Assembly: GCA_002269645.1 (NCBI GenBank)
Contig: NIVC01000144.1
Location: 58,062-122,061, forward strand
DNA length: 64,000 nt
Direction of reading: 5' to 3'
Source: Macrostomum lignano
Lineage: Eukaryota
Shown: piece by piece, positions 40,359 to 51,400 of the stretch
Layout of the letters: every line of letters begins with the position of its first letter
Numbering within the stretch: position 1 is the first letter of the stretch
Translations under genes and position numbers: made by a program
Notes under the pieces: generated by a model
Seen by the model: the letters and a program-made list of their open reading frames with translations, nothing else
The model's database searches: none
Told to the model about the DNA's origin: nothing

Positions 40359-43009
40359 CTCGTTCGAGTCGTCAGTAAACGAGGAAACGTTGGATGGAGG
40401 TTTCGTGGACGCCTCCTTTGTAAATACTGTCCATGCGCGTGACGCCGATCCATTTATTACAGGACGAGTGGCTCGACGAGAGGTCGCCTTTCTGCTAGAC
40501 AGCGGAAGCAGAAGAAACTTCCTCGGAGCGTCCACTTGGGCCGCTATCAGGCGTCGTTTACCACGTTGTATAGTTGCACCTGCTTACCCTAACCGAGTCG
40601 CTATGTACGATGGGACCGAGTTAAGTCTCACCGCCAAGGTTATCCTATCAATTGAATTCGGGGACTATGCCGCGGAAACCGAATTCTTCGTCGCCGAAGG
40701 AGACTGTGAAAATCTTTTAGGAATTGATTTCATGCGGAGTCATTGCCAAGGACTGGACTTCCAGCAAGGAATGCTCACATTCCGACAAGGCACCCGACTT
40801 CCGGTACGCTATTCAAGGAGAGAACTGAAGGCCTGCCGAGTGTACGTCGCTGAAAAATGCACTCTGCCGCCCCAATGTTCCTGCCTTGTCGCCATTAAAC
40901 TAGCTGAAGGTTATCAGCAGAACTACGGCTCACCGATGATTATCGAACCACTCAAATCAGGACTGCGAGCGAAGCATCACCAGTTAGACGCAGCCCCGGT
41001 ACTGCATACGATGACAGAAGGTCGAGGAGTGATGGAAGTACTCAACCCATCAGTCACGGAGGTTCACCTGCGTCGCAACATGCTAATGGGAGTAGCTACG
41101 CCACTCAAGACCCAGGACCTCGAGTATTTCAGCGAGTCGAATGAGCCAGAAGTCCGTCAACTGATAACGACCGAAGAAACGACTGACAGTTGGATTAACG
41201 AAGTCGACATCGGAGACCAGCTGAACAGCCATCAGAGGCACCAGGTTCAAGAATTACTCAAGGAATGCGAGAAGGCATTCTCCCTAACTCCGTTGGACCA
41301 CGGATTGACACACCTGGTAACTCATGAGATTGTGCTCACAGACTGGACGCCAATCGCAATTCCTCCTCGCCGGATACCTCCGCATCTACGACCGCAATTG
41401 GATCAGATGCTCGATGATATGCTGAAGAAGGGCATCATACGGCCAACGTACTCCAGCTACAATTCGCCGATGATCCTAGTACCAAAGAAGGACAAGACGA
41501 TTCGCATTGTGCACGACTTCAGAGCGATCAACGAAGTGACGCTGAAGCACCCGTACCCGATCCCGCACATTCAGGAAACATTCGCCAAACTCAAAGGAGC
41601 GCAGTGGTATTCAAGCCTCGACCTGGTACAAGGCTTCTACCGGATCCCTCTCCGCAAGGAAGACCAGGACATCACTGCCTTCTCTGTGCTCGATTGTGGA
41701 CAATTCTGCTTCAAGGTGCTACCAATGGGACTCACCGACACCGTCAATGTGATCCAGTGACATTCGAAGATCACTTAGACCGTCTACGACAAGTCGTAAA
41801 TCGAATTATAGCCACCAACTTGAAGCTAAAACCGAAGAAATGCCATTTATTTAAGAAGGAGCTCCATTATTTAGGCCACGGGATTACGCCAGAAGGCCTA
41901 CGAACCAGTGAAGACAAGATCGCGCAGATGCGCAGTTGGCCAACGCCTCGGACTGTTCGTCAACTACGAAGCTTTCTTGGTCTAGCCAATTACTACAAGA
42001 AGTTCGTCGAAGATTACTCGGGCATCGCGGCCCCGTTACACGCATTGACACGCAAGGACCTGCAAGGATTCCAGCGTCATTGGACGCAGCAGCATCAGAC
42101 TGCCTTTGAGACTCTGAAGAGCAAGCTATGCTCAACCGAAGTACTCGCCCTCCCAGAGTTCACTGAAGATCCGAAGGTCAAGTTTATCCTGGATACCGAC
42201 GCATCCGACACCCAAATCGGTGCATGTCTAGGACAATTGCAATCCGATGGAATAGAACGACCGATCGCATTTTTCAGTCGCAAGCTCCGTGACCCAGAAG
42301 TTCGCTACACGGTCACCAAGCGGGAGCTACTGGCTATTGTCGATGCCATGCGACACTTTCGAGAATACTTAATAGGAAAGAAGTTTGAAGTAAGAAGTGA
42401 CCATAAGGCCTTGCTCTGGCTGTTACGTCAGACTGAATCTACAGGGATTCTAGGTCGATGGGTCCAAAGGATCAGCGAATTTCAGTTCACCATCTCCCAT
42501 CGCAAGGGTACTGACCACACCAACGCCGACGCGCTATCCAGACGCCCGGACACGCCTCCGTTAGAATGCGATTTCGGAGTGCTCCAAGACGTCGACGCTG
42601 TCCTGGCTTACCACCGCGAGGAGACAGGAGACACCTCTCAGCGTGAGTGCCGCCACATTAAGGAAACTGATCCGGGCATCGATTCAGAGGCCACCGCACC
42701 AGCAGCCCTCTCAATCGAGACCCACAATCGCGATCCAGAGGCAGAGACCGACTTGGACAACGAACCAGAGGCCACCGCTCCAGCAGCCCTCTGCCGAGTT
42801 CTCCACTGTTCACGTCGAAGCCAGGAGACAGCAAGCTTGGATGAAGACACAGAGGCCACCGCACCAGCAGCCCTCTGCCGAGCCACCCACGCACGCCGTC
42901 GCTTCAAGGAGACTAGCCTGGATGAAGTTCAAGAGGCCACTGTACCCTCAGCCCTCTCCAACAACAGCCATCAGGTCTACCTACAAAGTTTGGAGACTGC
43001 AATCCCAAA

Positions 43010-43205
43010 TTTATTTGCAGTCTTAATTTATTTGCAGTCTTAATTTATTTGCAGTCTTAATTTATTTGCAGTCTTAATTTATTTGCAGTCTTAATTTATT
43101 TGCAGTCTTAATTTATTTGCAGTCTTAATTTATTTGCAGTCTTAATTTATTTGCAGTCTTAATTTATTTGCAGTCTTAATTTATTTGCAGTCTTAATTTA
43201 TTTGC
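43010..43205 (+). repeat. 17-bp tandem repeat (TTTATTTGCAGTCTTAA), ~11.5 copies, in the LINE 5' UTR
   Basis: Lies between the left TSD and the ATG at 43222. Confidence 0.93.
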
Positions 43206-43221
43206 ACCACGGTGCAGATAA

Positions 43222-46200
43222 ATGCCGCTACCTCCTCGTGGTGAGAGTGGAGAGCCGCGCTTAACTGCTGCGGCGGCCAAATGCGGCAGGACCAAGCGAG
43301 GGCAGCGGAGCGCGCGTCGGCGAGTTGAACGCCGTCGCGAGCGAAACTGGCGAGGTCGGCAACGTGGCGCCGCCCGCCGAGCTGCTGCTGCGCTGGCCCA
43401 ATTGGATCTTCCGGGTGGCGCCGGGGACCATGAGGCTCACCAGCATCGAGCCCCAGCCGTACCAGAGGGCACGCTTCGGGTCGGGACGCTGAACTGCCGC
43501 ACTCTCAAGGCCACATGGCGGAGAGGGCTGCTGGCGAGGCTAGCGCTCGACCTCAGCTGTGATGTCATCGCACTACAGGAGGTGTCTATCAGAGCCGACC
43601 CCGGACTTCACTGTGAGGACCTGGGCGCCGGTTGGACACTCTGGTACACCTCAGCGGATGAGCGAGGCCGTGGAGGAGTTGGAGCGCTGATCGGACCGAG
43701 GCTGCAGCAGAGCTGTCGCTGCATCTCCCTGTCTTCTCGGCTGCTTCGGGTCGACGTCCGGCTTCGCGGCCGAAACACCCGCCTGTTCTGCGCGTATGCG
43801 CCGCCTGCTACCCGCTCCGATGAGGCTCAGGCCTTCTTCGAGCAACTCTCGGTGCGGGTGCAGGAGATGGCGCAACGTGACACAGTGGTCATTCTCGGAG
43901 ACCTGAACGCAGTTCTGCGTAGGTCCGAGCGATCGCTGTTTGTGACAGCGCGCGAGAACGGCAACACCGGAGCGCTAGAGGACTTCCTGGAGAGACAGGA
44001 CATGGTGTCGGCCAACACCAGATTCCGCAAGTCACCGGGCAGGCTCGCGACCTTCGTGGGCTGCAAGCGGAGGCGGCGGAACGCGCGCGGCCGGAACGCT
44101 ACGCGGAGGCTGGCACAGCTCGACCACGTGCTTGTGCGCTTTCGTGAGCGCCGCCGCGTCACCAACTGCCACACCATTACGCCGCTGGCTCTGCGGTCCG
44201 ACCATCGGCTGCTCATCTGCGACCTTCGGCTTCGGGACCCGCTCTACCGTCCGCCAAAGCGGCCACCGCGGCGCTACTACCGCGCGCTCAGGGACGCCGA
44301 GACGCGACGTCGCTTTGCCGGTGCCTTTGTCACTGCGCTGGGCGACAAGCGTGGAGGAGCCGAGTACGCGGAGGTGAGCGCTGCAGTTCGAGCCGCTGCG
44401 GAGCAAGCAGTCCCGCTGATGCGACCGGCCCAGCGCGGGCAGCCGGTCTGGCAGGACGACCCCGCGATCGACGAAGCGAGGGAAGATCTGGAGAGGCTCC
44501 GACTGAGTGGGCGGCCAACTCGCGAGGCGGAGGAGGCTCTGGCGGCTGTCTACCTGCAGCGGCAGCAGTCCGCTGTCGATGACGCCATCCAAGCCGTCTC
44601 TGCCGCAGGGCCCGATGCCAGAGGGCGCGTGGCCTGGTCCGCCATCAACACTCTGACGGGGCGAAAGCGGCGCATCGCGCTCAACCTGGCAGGCGACACT
44701 CCGGATGAGCGCAGGAACGAGCTGCGCGAGTTCTTCGCCGCCATTGTCAACGCGCCGCCCCCTCCGCTTCCAGAAAATCTGAGGCTGCCGCCGGAGACGC
44801 CGTTGCCGGCGGAGGAGAGCTTCAATGTTGCCCCAGTCAGCACAGCCGACGTTGTGAAGTTCGCTCGGCAGTCGCCGGGCGGCAAAGCGCTTGGTCCGGA
44901 CGAGGTGCCCACCGAGGCGCTGCGGATCCACTGCGTGGCCACTGAGGTCGCCAGCGTGATGAACCGCGTGCTTTTCGGTGAGGTGGCGCCAAACGAATGG
45001 ACCACGGCGCACATCGTCGCCATTCCAAAGAAGCCGGACACCACCAAGCTCGAGGAGCATCGAGGCATCTGCCTACAGTCCTGCGCCGCGAAGCTGTTCA
45101 ACCGCATGCTGCTATCGCGGTTACAGCCTGTGCTGGACCCGTACCTGCGACCTGAGCAGAACGGATTCCGGCCCCATCGCGGCACAGTGACGCAGATCCT
45201 GGCTCTTCGACGAGTCATCGAGGAGGCGCGCATCCGCCAGTTGACCCTGATCCTGATCTTCGTCGATTTCAGGAAGGCTTTCGACTCGGTCGTGAGGGAC
45301 GCGCTCCCAGAGGTGCTCCGTGCGTACAACGTGCCAGAGCTGCTGATTTCTGCTGTCATGGCGCTGTACCACGGCACGACGGCTGCTGTCTCAACACCGG
45401 ACGGCCTATCGGATTTCTTCGAGACATCCTCCGGGGTGCTCCAGGGAGATACGCTAGCGCCGTTCCTATTTATTCTGGTGCTTGACTGGGTGCTACGGAC
45501 TGCTCTGCCTTCCAACGACGACGGCTTCCTGCTGCGGTGACGCGTGGGTCGACGCCAACCGGAGAGACGGCTCAGCGTGCTTGGCTACGCCTATGACCTC
45601 GCCCTGCTGTCCTCGACCGTCGAGGGCGCCCAACGACAGCTGGATAGGCTGGTTGCCGTTGCGGCGAGCGTCGGCCTGGTGGTCAACACGCAGAAGACCG
45701 TCGTGCTATGCGTGTCGGACGACACCGAGGCTGCAATCTTCTGCCGAGGCGCTGACGGACAGGCGAGTGAGCTTCCAAGATGTCAGCAGTTCGTCTACCT
45801 CGGCGGTCTGGTTCCCGACGTCCGCGAGGATCTGCGGCGTCGCCGAGGACTTGCTTGGGCTGCCTTTCGTTCTATAAGGTCAGTCCTGCAGTCCGAGGCC
45901 CTACCGGACCGCCAGAGGGCGGCGCTGTTCCAGGCGGTGATCGAGACCGTCCTGTTATACAACGCCGAGACCTGGACGCTGACAGACTCGCTCGAGGCTC
46001 AAGTCGACGCGGCGCACGCTGGCCTGCTGCGCGCCGCCTTCAAGATCGGCAACGAGCGAGTCACCAACACGGCGCTCTATCATCGCGCCGGCCTGGCCCG
46101 TCCTAGCGATCTGCTGCGCCGTCGGCGACTCCAGCTGGCAGGCCACGTCATCCGCGCCGAGGCCTACTGTCCGGAGCCGGTGCAGGAGGTGCTGCTACTT

Positions 46201-46338
46201 ACGTTGCAGGCACCCTACCGGCGGGGACAGGCGAAGACTCGGCGCTACGTCGACTGTCTGCTGGCTGACGCCGGCGCCCCGGAATCTGCCGGCGGTGCGG
46301 CTTTTGTTCGCGCCCAAGCTTTGAAGCGCGCCATCTGA
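43222..46338 (+). pseudogene. LINE APE-RT ORF with premature TGA (45538-45540) and YADD changed to YAYD
   Basis: APE motifs (GTLNCRTL, ALQEV, LGDLNA, LDHVL, SDHRLL); RT motifs (EQNGFR, FVDFRKAFDSV, GVLQGDTLAPFLF). Confidence 0.9.
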
Positions 46339-48452
46339 CGCTGCTTTTGTGAACTGGCAGCGTACTCTGTTGTTGTTGTTGTTGTTGGAGACTGACTTGG
46401 ACGAAGATTCGGAGGCCACCGCTCCAGCAGCCCTCCCAGTCGAGCATCACTGCTCAGATCTCGGTCGAAAATTTACTGCTGAGGAGTCCCGCTGCTCTCC
46501 CTTGAGCCGACAGACTCAGCAGGTCGAGCCGTCTCGTTGCTCTTCCATGAGCCTGCAGCCGACCACCCATTATCAACGCGTGGACGATACGTCTTGCGCC
46601 ATGAAGCGCCTTCGTCCTACGCCGAAAACGAGGCGTTCCTATGCAGAGGTGACGAAGTCTGCATACGAGGAAGACAGAGTACGTACAGCTAAAGCATCTC
46701 CCCAGCTCGCAACTTCTCAAAGTCTGCCGCGCTGCCGAGCATTGCTCACGGATCATCTGAAGCCGCCATTGCCGCGCGACAAGCTCATCAAAGCTCAAGA
46801 GGATGACCCAGCTATTGGCTACGTTTACAAGTTGATCAAGGAGAATCAACCGAAACCAGCGTTTGACGATCGATTACGACTTAGCAGAGAGCAACGGAAT
46901 CTGCTAGGATACTACGAGTTACTATTCCTCGAACGAGATCTACTCATGATCAACATGACGGAAAAAGACACTCCACCGAATATTGTCTTACCGGAAGCAC
47001 TCGACGACGAAGTTTTTAACGAGCTCCACAATTCGCCTTTGGCAGGACACCAAGGACAGCGGAAGACCGCCCAACGTGTGCGCGAAAGATTCTGGCGAAC
47101 AGGTCTAGTCCGAGCCATTGAGACCTACGTCAGCAAATGCCGAACCTGCCTAGAGAGCAAGTCACGACGAAAACAGCAAGTGCCAGTGCAGAGTTTTCCA
47201 GTCTGCGAAGTTTTTGGAAGACTTCACATGGATGTGATCGGACCGATTGCGCAACCGTCTAAAGGAGGTCATCGGTACATCCTGACACTCTGCTGTGCGA
47301 CATCAAAGTTTCCGATAGCTTATCCGATGAGAAATCAGAAAGCTAAAACCGTTATCCGATTACTACAGGACCGATTTATTCCAGAATACGGAGTTCCAGC
47401 TTGGATTCACACGGACCAAGGCACGAACTTTACAGGAAACGCCTTCAAGAAGTTCTGCGATCTCTACGCGATCAGGCACACGACAACGACGCCGTACAAT
47501 CCAGCATCCAATGAACCGGTAGAAAATTTGAACAACCAGATCAAGAGCATTCTGACATGTCTCCTCGAGCACGATCACCGCGATTGGGACACATTTCTGC
47601 CAGCGTGCATGATTGCTCTCCGATCCAGCGTTCATCTTCATTCAAGCTACAGCCGGGAAATCTCGTCTTCTTGAACAACCCGGTCGACACGACACAACAC
47701 GAAGACGAAGCAGCAAAATTTCACAGGCCAAGGAGATCGTTGTATGAAGTGGTGGAAAGCAAAGGAGAAGTCGTCTACAAGATTCGACGGAAGGTTCGAC
47801 ACCCTCGAGAACGACCGGACGAGATGGTAGTTCATCGCCGGAACCTCTTCCTTGTGCCCACTTCAGATTATCCAATTGCAGATCTCGAAGGGCCAGCTGA
47901 ACCGAAGCAGCAACGCCGAGTTCGACAGGTTGACGCCGGAGCTGCGACACTCCCCGCCATCTCTGAAGACTCTGACGAAGAAGAAGACGACCTGGACACG
48001 AAACCCGCCTATCACTGGCGACTCCGATCAGCCGCTCAGCCAAGCGCGCGTCCAAATGAAGTCCGCATCCACGAACCTGAAGTTATGGAGAATGGAGTTG
48101 AGCTTGAGTCACTGCCGTATGATTCTTGCGACGCTCCATCCGCTCCTAAAGTTGAACCGCAGAGGCGACCTGAAATTAGAAATAGCGATAGGATTAACTT
48201 AGACTCTGATAGGAATAATCAATGTAATAGTCATGTTATGTCGGCCAATTTGCCAAATAATAGTCATGTTTTGTCGGCCAATTTGCCATCAACTAGTCAA
48301 GTTGAATGGGCCGTCAATGACAGGCCAGTTAGGGCTCGAAAGGAACCTGACCGCTTGGTTCTAAAACCAAAGTCAAAGTCCTACTTGAGCCGTTTAAGTA
48401 ACTTTTTCCGCCGGCCTCGTGCCTGTTCCAGCGCTGAAAAGCACAACTAATA

Positions 48453-51400
48453 ATGCCCGGCAAAGAAAACAGGAAGCGGCGAGATCGCGAGCCGTCCCGG
48501 ACGCCCTCGCCGGCCAGCGGGCGCAAGCGCACCCAGCCTGCCCTGCCACATCGTCGAACGAGAGTCATGCCGACGCCGGTCCAGGACCCGACGCGCAGGC
48601 GCCGTAGTCGCTGGGATGAACAGCGCCGGCAGGAACCACGGATCGAGGTGCGCCGGCAGGAACCACGGATCGAGGTGCGCCGGCTCGCTCCGCTGCAGCC
48701 CTTGCCACTCGATGATCGTCTCGCTGTCGCTAAGGAGCGGGCGGAGGCCATTCGCCGTCGATTGAATCCGGCCCAGGCTATCCCATCTGACGCATGCCCA
48801 CTAGCCACTGCCAAATCTCAAGGTGTAGCTATTAAGAAAGCCTTGTTAAGTTATAATGAATCGGCGTTTATTGAGTTTTGATAAAGATAGCAAAAAAGGG
48901 GTTAACATGTAATTTAGCACTGGCGTAGCTCAAACAAAACTTAGTGGTACAGGTAAGGGAGTCGAAGACCATAGATATAATTAAAAAGTATGTTATAGAA
49001 AATTCTAGAAGGAAAACTTGGATTCACTTACTATAAATATAAAGTTGACTATTTTAAGATAAACGATTACTTATAACATCTTTAACACTCCCACTTAATG
49101 TTTAGCTTAAAAACTAATGCATACTGGTACAAACAGTTCATATTGTGTCTTGAATATCAAAGTTAGATAAAGAGTTAGCAGTTATTAGCGAACAGGAATC
49201 AGTTCCTTGAGCACTTGAAACTTGGCATTAGACAGTGCTTTAGTAAGAATGTCAGCGATCATCTCCTCTGACGGACAGTAAATTAGCTTTAAAGTTCCAC
49301 CGACCAACTTCTCACGCACGAAATGGTGACGGATATCAATGTGCTTAGAACGACTGTGGAAGACAGGATTCCTAGCTAGAGCAATACAGCCTTGATTGTT
49401 TTCTAGGATAGTAACGCATTTGAGACTTTCTACGCGAAGATCTAGTAGTAATTGTTGTAACCATGTGGCTTCTTGGGTAGCAGCTGAGAGTGCCATGTAC
49501 TCGGCCTCCGTCGTCGATAGGGCTACAGTTTGTTGCTTCTTGCTACTCCAGCTAATCGGACATTCAGCCAACTTGAAGATGTACCGGTTGTAGAACGTCG
49601 GTCATTGTGATCTCCAGCCCAGTCTGCATCGGAATATCCAATTAGATCGATTGCACGCGAGTCCTGAAAAACCAATCCGGATGAAATGGTTCCCTTTAGA
49701 TATCTCAGGACACGCTTCACGCCACTCCAATGCTGTTCAGTTGGGTCTGAGCAATATCGCGCGAGAACTCCCACTGCAGATGACACATCTGGTCGTGTAG
49801 CTAGTGCTGCATAGTTTAGACTTCCTACTGCCGCCTGATACATAGTCTTGTCCACCTTAGCATCACAGGTCTGTGCAGTGTAGAACTTGACACTTGTGTC
49901 CATTGGTGTTGATACCGGTTTGCAGTCCATCATGTTGAATTTAGAAAGGATGGTATTTAGATACCGCTCTTGGTTTAGAAACAATGAACCATTCTTCCAG
50001 GTAGCTTGAATTCCAAGAAAATAGTGAAATTCGCCTAGATCCTTCATTTTAAATTTAGATTGCAGTTCTTGCTTCAGCACGGGCATGTATTCGTCAGATG
50101 CTGTTAATAGAATGTCGTCCACATACACACCGATCGCAGATTGAGAGTTAGCATAGATACACGGTTCTGACTTTGCCTGCACTAGGTTAAGACTTAAAAG
50201 TTCATCATGTAGAGTTTGATTCCAACATCTAGGAGCCTGCTTGAGTCCATATAGACTTTTTCTAGTTTGCATGCTAGTGTTTCCTTGCCTTGAACCACAA
50301 ATCCTTCCGGTTGTTCCATGTAAATTTCTTCGTCTAGTTTGCCGTTTAAAAATGCTGTTACGACATCCATCTGGTGAATTTTCCAATCTCGTTGAATTCC
50401 AACAGCCAGTAGAGTTCTAATTGATGTAAATCGAGCTACTGGTGCATACGTCTCCTCATAATCTACTCCATACTCTTGAGAGTATCCTTTGACTACCAAT
50501 CTTGCTTTGAATCTGTCTACTGAGTTGTCTGCCTTATACTTGACACGAAATACCCACTTACAGCCAATAGTTTGACGTCCTTTTGGTAGCTCAACCAGTT
50601 TCCATGTCCTGTTCTCCATCAGTGACTCGTACTCGGCGTTCGCAGCCTCTTGCCAGTCTTTTGAGAATGAGCTGTCCAATGCTTGCTGTAGAGTTTTCGG
50701 TTCGTCAATTTGTGTTGCAACGGATGCCATGTACCTGTCAACGGGCTTCTTCTCTCGAGTTGATCTCCGAACTTCTTGCTTGTCGACAGTTTCAGGAACA
50801 CATTTGAAATCAGACGATGCTGGTTCGGTACCTGCATTCAGTTGAAGTGTCTCCTGCTTCTCCACTAATTGCTTCACGAAGCACGACTCTTGGAACGTTA
50901 CATCGCGACTGACGAAAACTGATCGTGTTTGGAAATCAAAACAACGATATCCTTTTGAGGTTTCCGAGTATCCAATAAACCTGACTTCCCGAGCTTTTGA
51001 GTCAAACTTGTGACGTTTCTCAGCTGGGACATGCGCGTAGGCAACGCATCCAAATATTCGCAAATGCTGAACACTCGGCTTGCTGCCGGTCCAAATTTGA
51101 TATGGTGTCGCTTTGTTGACTGCACTCGTTATTGATCGATTACGCAGATATGCTGCCGTAGAGATTGCTTCTGCCCAGAATTCCTTGCCAATATGAGCAT
51201 GTGCAATCATTGTTCGTGCTGCCTCCACCAAGGTTCGGTTCATTCTCTCGGCTACTCCGTTCTGTTCAGGAGAGTGTGGGACAGTAGTCTGGTGAATGAT
51301 TCCGTTTCGGGCACAAAATGCCTCAAATTCTCCTGATGTATACTCTCCACCATTGTCAGTCCGAAGAATCTTGATAGACTTGTCTGTTTGATTCGTGACG

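Larger units (their letters stand above)
43000..46384 (+). mobile_element. RTE-like non-LTR retrotransposon (APE endonuclease + RT, single ORF)
   Basis: TSD TTGGAGACTG at 42990-42999 and 46385-46394; (GTT)n 3' tail; 5' 17-bp tandem repeats; removing it restores the Gypsy pol frame (LQSLETDLDEDSEAT). Confidence 0.9.
40390..48450 (+). pseudogene. pol: Gypsy pol (protease, RT, RNase H, integrase), disrupted
   Basis: LLDSGS protease; RT with the YxDD segment deleted near 41755; RNase H (LDTDASD, ELLAIV, DALSR); LINE insertion 43000-46384; integrase HHCC plus D,D(35)E (HMDVIGP, HTDQGTNF, VENLN); frameshift near 47640. Confidence 0.9.

Noticed and set aside
44032-45515. Long antisense ORFs (342 and 321 aa) within the LINE
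   Set aside because: They are shadow ORFs expected opposite a GC-rich coding strand, with no recognisable motifs.
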